Shown here in pieces: positions 52,063 to 59,963 of a stretch of 64,000 nucleotides of DNA (its first letter is position 1; each line of letters opens with the position of its first letter). This DNA comes from a virus. The notes under the pieces are model-generated. The model saw only the letters and a program-made list of their open reading frames with translations, searched no databases and was not told the DNA's origin. The position numbers were made by a program, and so were the translations under genes. Where the stretch lies: positions 1 through 64,000 of the IMG/VR virus record IMGVR_UViG_3300009695_000004; one strand, given 5' to 3'.

Positions 52063-53505
52063 TTGTATGTGAGTAAGAACAAAGATAACGAAGTAAGTGT
52101 TCAATTTATAGGAAACTCTGCAATAGATGTCACAGGTTCAGCAGTCCTAATAACATTTATGAATAAAACATATTTAATAGAATGTGGTAGCGTCCAAGGA
52201 TATAGTCCTGACAAATGCTATACAATCAACAGTCAGTTAATTAGTAGTATAGATGTTAATAAATTAGAAGTAATCTGGCTTTGCCATAACCATAATGATC
52301 ACATTGGCATGATCCCTGGCGTAGTTAGAAAAGAAGGATTTCACGCAGATATATTTTGTACGCACGAAACTGTAAGCTTAAGTAAAATAATGCTGCTTGA
52401 TGCTTCTCATATAATAGGTAAGGAAGCTGAAATTCTAAGTAAAACTAAAAAAGTATCTCCTTTATATAAAGATGAAGATGTTTTGAAAGCTTGCGACTTC
52501 ATGAGAGGTTGCGATATTGGAGTAACATATAAAATCAATGATAATGTATCTTTTAAATTACATAATAATAATCATTGCTTAGGAGCAAGTCAACTGGAGG
52601 TATTTTTTAAGAAAAGTAATAATACGATTAAAAAGTTAGTTTATACCTCAGATTTAGGAAGCACATTAAATAAGCATAAACCATTTGTAACAAAACTTGA
52701 AAAGGTTACACAAGGGAATGTCACAGTTTTAGAGGGCACGTATGGTAAAAAAGACAGAAGTTTTACTTCTAAAGATGTCTATGATGAAAAAGAAGATTTA
52801 AAAAATAAGATAAAATTAATAATTGCAGGCGGAGGTAAGGTTTTACTCCCAACCTTTAGTTTTTCAAGAACGCAGGAAGTATTAGTGGACATGTATAATA
52901 TGTTTCACGATGATCCAGACTTTGGAGATACACCAGTTATAATAGATTCTAAATTATCTGTAAATATCACAAATTGTTATAAGGATATATTAAAAGATAA
53001 GAATCTAAAATTAATTGAAACGGTTACTGCTTGGAAAAACGTAGAATTGAATAAAGATTTTGAAGGAACTAAAATGATTATAGCGAGCAGTGAACCTTGC
53101 ATAATTCTCTCAAGTCAAGGATTTTGTGATGCGGGAAGGTCACAATTATATGCAAAGAATTTTTTAACAAATCCTAAAGATGCGATATTATTCGTGGGAT
53201 ATTGTCCTGCAAATAGTGTCGGAGGAAGAGTTCAATCAAATAAACAAGGTGGAACAGTAAAGATATGTGGACTAGATTATGTAAAAAGTTGTTTTGTTAA
53301 ATCTTATAGGACGTACTCTTCTCACGCACAGAATAAGGAATTGGTTGATTATATTACGTCAGTGAATAGCGAACAGGTTATAATTCATCATTCTGATAAA
53401 GCCGCTAAAGAAGAATTGATTAAAGATGCAAAAGAAGCATTAAGTAAGGTTTGCAAGACAACGAAAGTTATTGGTAGTACAAGGAATATGGAATTTTTTT
53501 TATAG
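52063..53505 (+). CDS. metallo-beta-lactamase fold beta-CASP nuclease (RNase J/CPSF73/SNM1-like)
   Basis: HNHNDHIG (HxHxDH), TSDLGS, EGTYG (motif A), YSSHAQNKEL (motif B) and IIHHSD (motif C). The start is TTG 52063 or GTG 52069. Confidence 0.75.
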   Translation: MYVSKNKDNEVSVQFIGNSAIDVTGSAVLITFMNKTYLIECGSVQGYSPDKCYTINSQLISSIDVNKLEVIWLCHNHNDHIGMIPGVVRKEGFHADIFCTHETVSLSKIMLLDASHIIGKEAEILSKTKKVSPLYKDEDVLKACDFMRGCDIGVTYKINDNVSFKLHNNNHCLGASQLEVFFKKSNNTIKKLVYTSDLGSTLNKHKPFVTKLEKVTQGNVTVLEGTYGKKDRSFTSKDVYDEKEDLKNKIKLIIAGGGKVLLPTFSFSRTQEVLVDMYNMFHDDPDFGDTPVIIDSKLSVNITNCYKDILKDKNLKLIETVTAWKNVELNKDFEGTKMIIASSEPCIILSSQGFCDAGRSQLYAKNFLTNPKDAILFVGYCPANSVGGRVQSNKQGGTVKICGLDYVKSCFVKSYRTYSSHAQNKELVDYITSVNSEQVIIHHSDKAAKEELIKDAKEALSKVCKTTKVIGSTRNMEFFL

Positions 53506-53524
53506 ACAATTCAAATATAATATA
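53506..53524 (+). promoter_or_regulatory. phage promoter-like motif (perfect)
   Basis: ACAATTCAAATATAATATA, directly after the stop of the MBL gene. Confidence 0.55.
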
Positions 53525-53636
53525 AGGGCGATGTTGCGAAACAGCAGTAAGACCTTATAATAGAGAATATAATAATGTCGAGATGACACAATTCAATGTT
53601 CTCCTTTTATTAATCAAATTTAAAAGGAGGATTTTT

Positions 53637-54299
53637 ATGGAAGAAACTAAATTATTATTGAAAAAATCTGGGCGATTATGGGTTAATGAATATTATAATA
53701 AAGAAGATTATATTTTATTAAAAATGTTCAGAAAAGATTTAACAGAATCTTATGATGTATTAATTGATAAATGTGATTTTGAAAAGGTTTCACAATGTCA
53801 ATGGTATGGATTTATGAATAGGAAAAATTCACACTTAAAGAATATAATACAAATTTTATGGATGGTAGAAATAGAAGGTAAAAGAATTGTATATAACATA
53901 TATCAATGGATATTAGATACAAAATATAAAGATATAATGATTGATCATAAAAATACAAATAGGTTGGATAATAGGAGAAATAATTTAAGAATGTCTAATC
54001 CTGTTGAGAACGCTATAAATCAAACATATAACGGCTATAACTATGATAAAAAAACTAAAAGATATTTGTCTAGGATTAAATGTTTTGATAAACAGGTTAA
54101 TATAGGTAGATATGATACTGAATTGGAAGCCGAAATAATATATTTAAAAGCAAATATATTACTAGGATATGATAAAATCTCACAATATCATAACGATAGG
54201 ATTAATGAACTAGGTATAAATTTAACAGAGGAAGATTATAAAAATAAATACATAACCAAACTTATAAATTTAAAAAATTTATCAACAAATCAAATATAA
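53637..54299 (+). CDS. HNH (HNH_3) homing endonuclease with AP2 domain
   Basis: MIDHKNTNRLDNRRNNLRMSN (HNH) and GYNYDKKTKRYLSRIKCFDKQVNIGRYDT (AP2). The ATG at 53637 follows AAAGGAGGA. The track start is 53583. Confidence 0.75.
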   Translation: MEETKLLLKKSGRLWVNEYYNKEDYILLKMFRKDLTESYDVLIDKCDFEKVSQCQWYGFMNRKNSHLKNIIQILWMVEIEGKRIVYNIYQWILDTKYKDIMIDHKNTNRLDNRRNNLRMSNPVENAINQTYNGYNYDKKTKRYLSRIKCFDKQVNIGRYDTELEAEIIYLKANILLGYDKISQYHNDRINELGINLTEEDYKNKYITKLINLKNLSTNQI

Positions 54300-54303
54300 A
54301 ATA
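54285..54303 (+). promoter_or_regulatory. phage promoter-like motif
   Basis: ACAAATCAAATATAAAATA; overlaps the HNH stop codon and lies 26 nt before ATG 54330. Confidence 0.45.
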
Positions 54304-54329
54304 AAAGGAAATAAAGGAGAGATATTATT

Positions 54330-54518
54330 ATGGTAAAAACTGAGAAATCAGAAATAATCAAAATTAGTGCAAAAGGAATATTGGTGTCTGTAGATTCTCT
54401 TGGAATTAAAGTTAAGGACGTAAAAGAAGGCACAATTGACACAATTCTATTTTTAGATGTTATGGCACTAATTGGTAAAGAAATTACAATTGCAATTCAG
54501 AATAAGGAAGAAGTTTAA
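54330..54518 (+). CDS. hypothetical protein (62 aa)
   Basis: ORF track; AAAGGAGAG RBS. Confidence 0.55.
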   Translation: MVKTEKSEIIKISAKGILVSVDSLGIKVKDVKEGTIDTILFLDVMALIGKEITIAIQNKEEV

Positions 54519-54544
54519 CTAAGGAAATAAAGGGAGGTCAGAGG

Positions 54545-55765
54545 GTGATAAATGAACTTGAAATACGTGAGGGTGAAACGCCTTTAGAACATCATAAACG
54601 ATTAGTATTTGGAAAGTTATTAGATAAAAGTTTATCAGATCAAGATTATACTGAATTATCTAAATATGTATACAATCAAGAATTATCTTCAGATGTTTGC
54701 AGAAGAGAAATGTATGGTTCTAAATATACTTTGAAGTTGATGGAACAAAATACATTGAAAGCTGAACCTAAAAGTCACCTTTCAGAAATAAGAGAGAAAG
54801 TTGGAGAACTTGACATTATAAAACGTCAAATCCAACTTGAAAAAAGTGAATTAAAGAAAATGAAAAATGAAATTGTAAAGTCAATATCTGTTTCTGACGA
54901 CCTTAAACAATATATGGATGACATTAATTTTCAAGTTAGTATTCCTGAGTATTGCAGCATTCCTATAGATGAAATTAGTCAGTATGAAATGATTCTTCAT
55001 ATCACAGATTTTCACATAGGATATGTTATAAATGACTGCAAAGGTAACTATTATAGCTTTGAAATTGCAAATCAGAGAATAGATAAATTGATTAGTGAAT
55101 GTTACAAATATATTGAAATGTATAATATCAAGAAGATTTATTTGGTAAATACTGGAGACGTAATAGAACACATTAGTATGCGTGCTAATCAATCGCAATT
55201 CTGTGAATTTAATCAATCAAAACAGATCAATAAAGCAATTGAAATAATTTATAGACTTATGGTTGCTCTATGTAAATTCTGCGATGTTGAATATGATTCT
55301 ATTTATGGCAATCACGATAGAATGAATGGTGATAAAAAAGCAAACTTAGATGGTGATAATGCAGAAGTTATTATTAGAGAACAGTTGGGTAAATATGTTG
55401 AGATTAGTAAGAACGCAAGAGCAAAGGTTATAGATAGAAAGTCTACAGATAAAGAAATCATAAAAGTAATCAATGGAGTAAATTGTAAATTTGTTCATGG
55501 AGAAGATAAGTCTAATGATGGCAGACAATTTATAAAGAGTGAAATATCTATGGATAATCAATTCTATACGCTTCTGTTTAAAGGCCACTTACATAATTTC
55601 AAACTAGAAAGTGAGAATAATGGAAGATATATTATTAGCACCGGATGTCTTAGTGGATACAATGATTATTCTGTAAACTTTGGTTGTACAAGCCTTCCAT
55701 CACAAACAATAGTTATTGTGGCAGAAGGTAAAGTTGAATTAATTAAGGATGTTCAGTTAAATTAA
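54545..55765 (+). CDS. calcineurin-like metallophosphoesterase (Mre11/SbcD-like fold) with about 150-aa N-terminal extension
   Basis: HITDFHIG, NTGDVIEH, YGNHDRM and FKGHLHNF motifs in canonical order. GTG start after AGGGAGG. Confidence 0.7.
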   Translation: MINELEIREGETPLEHHKRLVFGKLLDKSLSDQDYTELSKYVYNQELSSDVCRREMYGSKYTLKLMEQNTLKAEPKSHLSEIREKVGELDIIKRQIQLEKSELKKMKNEIVKSISVSDDLKQYMDDINFQVSIPEYCSIPIDEISQYEMILHITDFHIGYVINDCKGNYYSFEIANQRIDKLISECYKYIEMYNIKKIYLVNTGDVIEHISMRANQSQFCEFNQSKQINKAIEIIYRLMVALCKFCDVEYDSIYGNHDRMNGDKKANLDGDNAEVIIREQLGKYVEISKNARAKVIDRKSTDKEIIKVINGVNCKFVHGEDKSNDGRQFIKSEISMDNQFYTLLFKGHLHNFKLESENNGRYIISTGCLSGYNDYSVNFGCTSLPSQTIVIVAEGKVELIKDVQLN

Positions 55766-55789
55766 AAGGAAAGTAAGAGAGGTGTCATT

Positions 55790-56422
55790 ATGAAAGCAAA
55801 TTGGGATATATTTTTCGAACCAGAGGTAAGAGATTTAACAAAATTACATTTACCTGACCCCGAAACATTAGATTATTATGAAAGAATCTTAAATAGGGAA
55901 ATATCTTGGAATTGTGAAATTGATGATAGTTTAATTGACTTTTCATTGATGATAATTAAATGGAATAGACAAGATAAAGGTATACCTATTGAAGATAGAA
56001 AACCTATAAAAGTATTGATAAACTCTGATGGTGGCGAGCTTGTAGCAGTTATGAATTTCATAAATACAATGCAGCTTTCTAAAACACCTGTATGGACAAT
56101 AGGTATGGGTAAAACATATTCCGCAGGTGGATTAATGTTATTGGCTGGCACTAAAGGACATAGATACATATTTCAAGATACTACTGCTTTAATTCATGCA
56201 GGATCTACAGGAGCTATGGGAAATACCGACAAAGTATTGGATAACTTTGAATTTACACAAAAACAAGAAAAAAGAGTTAAGGAATTCGTAGTTGCCAATA
56301 CAAAGATAACTGATAAATTATTTACAAAGAATTATAGAAAAGATTGGTGGTTAATGTCCGAGGAAATAATTTCATTGGGTGTGGCCGACAAGATTATAAC
56401 TGATTTGGACGAAATATTTTAA
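55790..56422 (+). CDS. clpP: ClpP-family serine protease
   Basis: INSDGGELVAVMNFINTM, GKTYSAGGLMLLAG (Ser), ALIHAGS (His) and LGVADKII (Asp region). Confidence 0.8.
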   Translation: MKANWDIFFEPEVRDLTKLHLPDPETLDYYERILNREISWNCEIDDSLIDFSLMIIKWNRQDKGIPIEDRKPIKVLINSDGGELVAVMNFINTMQLSKTPVWTIGMGKTYSAGGLMLLAGTKGHRYIFQDTTALIHAGSTGAMGNTDKVLDNFEFTQKQEKRVKEFVVANTKITDKLFTKNYRKDWWLMSEEIISLGVADKIITDLDEIF

Positions 56423-56459
56423 TATAGGGTTGCTACCATAGCAGAAGGAGATAAGGATT

Positions 56460-56678
56460 ATGTGTGAATGTTCAGAGTGTTGTAGTGCGGAAGAATTTGA
56501 AGAAGAAGAATTAACTCAGGAAGAAGTAGTTTCTCTATCTTTAGAGATGATAGAAGATGGAGAATGTCTTAAGTGTACTTTAGATACTATTTTCGAATAT
56601 GCTTATTCATTAGGCAAAAGAGATTTAGCAAGAGAATCGAGAGACTTTTATCAAGATGTTTTAGATGAAGAAGAGTAG
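56460..56678 (+). CDS. hypothetical highly acidic protein (72 aa)
   Basis: ORF track; GAAGGAGATAAGGATT RBS. Confidence 0.55.
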   Translation: MCECSECCSAEEFEEEELTQEEVVSLSLEMIEDGECLKCTLDTIFEYAYSLGKRDLARESRDFYQDVLDEEE

Positions 56679-57073
56679 ATAGAAATTTAAGGGAAATCTG
56701 TGATTACTATAGGAAGTGTTATATAGACGTATATAACGGGATACACAGACATGTGCTTAGAGGTGTTAGTAGCACAAAATAAAGGATACTGAGTAAGTGA
56801 AACAGGCAGACACTTCGCTTGATGCAAACTAACCTATATGGATTGTGTGTCGAGTCTTAAAAATAGTTTGATTGGATTATCAGACTGAGTTATGCGAGAA
56901 TGCCACCTCGCCTTATCCTTTATAGTATGATTATAAACCCACTTTCCAGTATATTTCTTAGTATACTCTCTTAAAGAGTGCGGGAGTTAAGGTGCTGATT
57001 GTTCAGTGACACAAGGGTCTTTATAATTTATATCTTTATGGAGCTAAAGGCTCGAAATAATAATCTTTGGGAT

Positions 57074-57247
57074 AAAACTAAATTAAGTAGTGGCGGAATA
57101 TTTACCATCGTGGTAATAGTAGACGCTAGATTGATTAACATTAGAAACTATCGAGGTGTAATTCCTATAACGCCTTTGGAGTTGATCACCATTGACTGCG
57201 TAAGGTTTTCATGTTGGGTGCAAATCCCTACCTACTTAATCAGTTTT
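57074..57247 (+). ncRNA. structured module A closed by long-range helix
   Basis: ATTAAGTAG (57082-90) pairs with CTACTTAAT (57232-40), extended by AAAAC (57074-78) with GTTTT (57243-47). The interior starts TGGCGGAATAT. Confidence 0.45.
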
Positions 57248-58517
57248 AAAATTTAAGAGGTAGTTTAGGCATATATTTATATGTTTATCTACAGCCTTCC
57301 ATGATTGCAAGTGGAAGTTTATAATAGTGCGAAAACACTTTAAATATGGAGATAGCAGAAGCAGTCTCCTTCTGTACCTAGAGACAATAAATACATAGGT
57401 TAGTAGGCTTGGTTAGAGTCTCAGAACTAATCTGCTTCTATGGGTGTTAGTGTAACGATAGCACACCTTCAAAGGATACGTAGAACACGTTTGACTCGTG
57501 TACATCCTAATAATATTATTTTAAAAGAAGATTTTCTCATAGAGCGTGAGAAATTAAAAATAAAGAAAGCTCAATTATAAGATTTAGTTGTAGAACGCAA
57601 CTAAGTAAAAATAAAGAAAGTTCAATAGAAGAATGTTTTATAGCAGACGTAAGGTCAAACAAAAGACTGTTGAGGATCGGAAATGTTCCCGACACGCTAT
57701 CTATATTGATAGTTAACAGGTATGTAGGAAGTGCAGCCCTACCAACAGTCTAATTCTATGTAAGCTATATACCTATTCGCACCTAGAAGCCTGTGCGAGG
57801 ACGATGATAAGGGGAAACATCTAAAACCCTATAGCAAAAAATCTATAATACTAGGCAATATAGGTTTAATCTTATTTATATTACAAGGTGTATCCAGCCT
57901 TCGAAAATGGAAACTTTAAATTCATGCCATACACCAAGGGGCTTTGTACCTTGGCTATTTAGTCCGATAAGGACAAAAGTTGCACGAGTAATGACGATAG
58001 TTAACAAAGTGTAATGAAGGTAATACAACAGTTCGGAGATTACCTTTGAGACGGGAACTCCTTAAAAACGCCTAGGGAATCGCAGCGCAAATAGGAAAGG
58101 TCTAAAGTGTTTTGCGATAAACATACACTTATAGATTTATCTCACTTCTTTAAATAACAGTTCTCTCAAGCCTCTGTTTATAATGCTATTATAATTAAGC
58201 GTAACAATGAGAGCCAGAAATTTATATTTTGATAGCGACATAAATCATGTGGTTTATGTGGTTTAGGAGGAGGATTATTTTCTAATATTAACTTAAAGTT
58301 AGTGTATCTGTTGAGATACTAGCCTTTGTTACTTTATGCGATAAATTAAAGTAAATAGTATGTCGCTACTCGATATGCGACTAATAAAAGGTCGAGTTCA
58401 AATGTTGTAATCTATGGAGAGTCCCTACCATATAGTGGGAAACTTTAAACTCAAGTTCTTTAAATTTAGTTATAAATTCTTTATATATGAAGACTTTCGT
58501 ACTATTGTTAAAGAACT

Positions 58518-58636
58518 AATAAGTAGTGGCGAAATATAAACGCATGACACCTACGACTTGACTACTTTCTAGAGGTAGAGATTAGGTGATTAAACAATCA
58601 AGTCCTGCAAAGGTGAAAGTCCTTTGTCTACTTATT
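58518..58636 (+). ncRNA. structured module B, paralogue of module A
   Basis: AATAAGTAG (58518-26) pairs with CTACTTATT (58628-36). Relative to module A, one base pair is swapped U-A to A-U on both strands. The interior starts TGGCGAAATAT. Inner hairpin CAAAGG/CCTTTG. Confidence 0.45.
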
Positions 58637-58862
58637 CTTAAAATATTATGACTCATTTATATTTAGTAAGCCAAAGGGCATACACAATCATACAAACTTC
58701 CATGAACGACTAACTACATTGGATTTGTTGTTCTAAAAAAGTAGAGAGGTGTTTAGAAGTGCTTAGATTGCCAAATGGTCGAAGCTACCTCGATACTAGC
58801 CTGAGTTTGGGTTTGTAGGGCTCAAAAGGTTTTGCTGCTTTCCGAAAAAGCAGATTTAATAT

Positions 58863-58937
58863 GCTGATATGACTCAACGGTAGAGTAGCACACTTGTAAT
58901 GTGCAAGTTGTAGGTTCAAATCCTATTGTCAGCTCCA
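58863..58937 (+). tRNA. trnT: tRNA-Thr (anticodon UGU) with encoded CCA
   Basis: Folded manually. Acceptor GCTGATA/TGTCAGC (one G-U), D stem ACTC/GAGT, anticodon stem GCACA/TGTGC, loop CTTGTAA, T stem GTAGG/CCTAT, T loop TTCAAAT, discriminator T, then CCA. Confidence 0.9.
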
Positions 58938-58944
58938 GGAGCTT

Positions 58945-58976
58945 TGGTGATGGTACTCCGTTAATAACAATCACCA
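58945..58976 (+). terminator. possible terminator hairpin after tRNA
   Basis: TGGTGAT pairs with ATCACCA (7 bp, 18-nt loop), followed by CCCCCTTATATTT. The U-run is poor. Confidence 0.3.
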
Positions 58977-59051
58977 CCCCCTTATATTTAGAATAATGCA
59001 CATTTTAAAAGGTGTCTATTGTTAAGGTGTTTATTCTTGTGGATATAACTA

Positions 59052-59070
59052 ACAAATCAAATATAATATA
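59052..59070 (+). promoter_or_regulatory. phage promoter-like motif (perfect), upstream of packaging genes
   Basis: ACAAATCAAATATAATATA, 17 nt before GTG 59088. Confidence 0.55.
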
Positions 59071-59087
59071 TAAAGGAGAGATTTACT

Positions 59088-59963
59088 GTGGGTGTAGCAT
59101 CTGTAAGTAAAAAGTGTCCGTTATGTGGCGACAATAAAAAATTTGAGTCTTATTACAGCCATAGAGATAACTCAAAAGAACATGGAAGAGACGTAATCTG
59201 CAAGATTTGCAGTAAAACCATGGCGTCTTCTAAAGAAGGAATGATGAGATATTGTAGTACCAATTCAAGAAGGTTTGATGAAGTTCTTTGGAAGTGGGCT
59301 GAAGATAAAATAACATTGAAACTTAAAGAAGATATTGAACACAACTCATTGAGTGAAGATAAGAAGAAAAAGATACTCAATGAAAAAATAGCGAGTGCTT
59401 ATTTTGGTCAGATGAATCAAGTTAATTGGTATGCGTTTATTCCGGATAGTTCGGTGGACATTAAAGAGCTAAAAGCTGATTTAGAGGATGAAGAATACGA
59501 CAATACTCCTATTAAGAAGAGAAAAGAACGAAAAACATATTCTTTAAAATGGGCAGGAGATTTTACAGCAGAAGAAATTATTTATTTAGAGGATCAATAT
59601 AAGAAAGCACAAGATCAATATGATCTTAAGACTGGAAATGATTTTGAGTATGCTATGAATGTTGCAGTTGCTGGATTGATAGTTCGTAAAAATCGAAATG
59701 GATATTTAAATGGAGAAAATGGAGCGGATAAAAGATATAAAGAGGCGGTAGCAATTTATGACTCTTTGTGTACAAGTTCTAAATTTAACCAGAAGACACG
59801 CTCGACCAACGATACCGCTGGCTTAGGGTCTCTAAGTGAAATTGTAGCAAAATTAGAACAAACAGGATTTCTTCAGAAGAAAATTATATTTGAAGATGAT
59901 AGTATTGAGAAGGTTAACGCCGATTTACGTCATGTTTTAAGCAGCGTAGGTGGTGACAGTTAA
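59088..59963 (+). CDS. putative terminase small subunit / DNA-binding protein with N-terminal Zn ribbon
   Basis: Assigned by its position directly upstream of, and overlapping, the large terminase gene. Contains CPLCGD...CKIC. GTG start after AAAGGAGAG. Confidence 0.4.
   Translation: MGVASVSKKCPLCGDNKKFESYYSHRDNSKEHGRDVICKICSKTMASSKEGMMRYCSTNSRRFDEVLWKWAEDKITLKLKEDIEHNSLSEDKKKKILNEKIASAYFGQMNQVNWYAFIPDSSVDIKELKADLEDEEYDNTPIKKRKERKTYSLKWAGDFTAEEIIYLEDQYKKAQDQYDLKTGNDFEYAMNVAVAGLIVRKNRNGYLNGENGADKRYKEAVAIYDSLCTSSKFNQKTRSTNDTAGLGSLSEIVAKLEQTGFLQKKIIFEDDSIEKVNADLRHVLSSVGGDS

Larger units (their letters stand above)
56690..58862 (+). ncRNA. about 2.2-kb candidate large structured ncRNA region (one or several RNAs; GOLLD/ROOL-like context)
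   Basis: No credible ORF. GC is about 40% in the lines I counted, higher than the flanks. Many helices are present (e.g. 57724-57742, 57777-57798, 57828-57864, 57934-57954, 58017-58046, 58086-58116, 58304-58319). There are paralogous modules with one compensatory pair swap. The region ends at a tRNA. The strand is assumed from the neighbouring genes. Confidence 0.55.

Noticed and set aside
205-55588. Track ORFs lying antisense to or nested within longer genes (e.g. 205-489, 2691-2993, 3891-4121, 5740-5973, 6077-6337, 6240-6434, 8037-8222, 11386-11601, 11610-11879, 11929-12114, 12475-12732, 13120-13440, 13633-13815, 16882-17079, 17548-17880, 18211-18474, 18613-18813, 22088-22273, 22122-22418, 25840-26034, 26681-26902, 27949-28191, 32086-32418, 33037-33282, 47493-47690, 49489-49683, 49536-49778, 51486-51698, 54881-55216, 55346-55588)
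   Set aside because: All sit on the strand opposite a longer, motif-supported gene. They have Ser/Leu/Phe/Ile-rich low-complexity translations typical of antisense frames in AT-rich DNA, and they lack an RBS.
57200-57245. Second tRNA suggested by a T-loop-like GGGTGCAAATCCC, and another at 58391 (GAGTTCAAATG)
   Set aside because: I could not fold a cloverleaf. The T stems are 3 bp or mismatched, and no acceptor or anticodon arms fall at the right distances. The first site fits better as part of module A of the large RNA.
56999-57256. 85-aa plus-strand ORF inside the 2.2-kb region
   Set aside because: It has no Shine-Dalgarno sequence, and its sequence is hydrophobic and low-complexity. It spans stems that pair well as RNA, so it is more likely a chance ORF in a non-coding RNA region.
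56690-58862. Group I or group II intron as an explanation for the large structured region
   Set aside because: No split host gene flanks it, no reverse transcriptase, maturase or LAGLIDADG ORF lies inside, and I did not see a GUGYG 5' end or a domain-V-like element. This was not excluded computationally.
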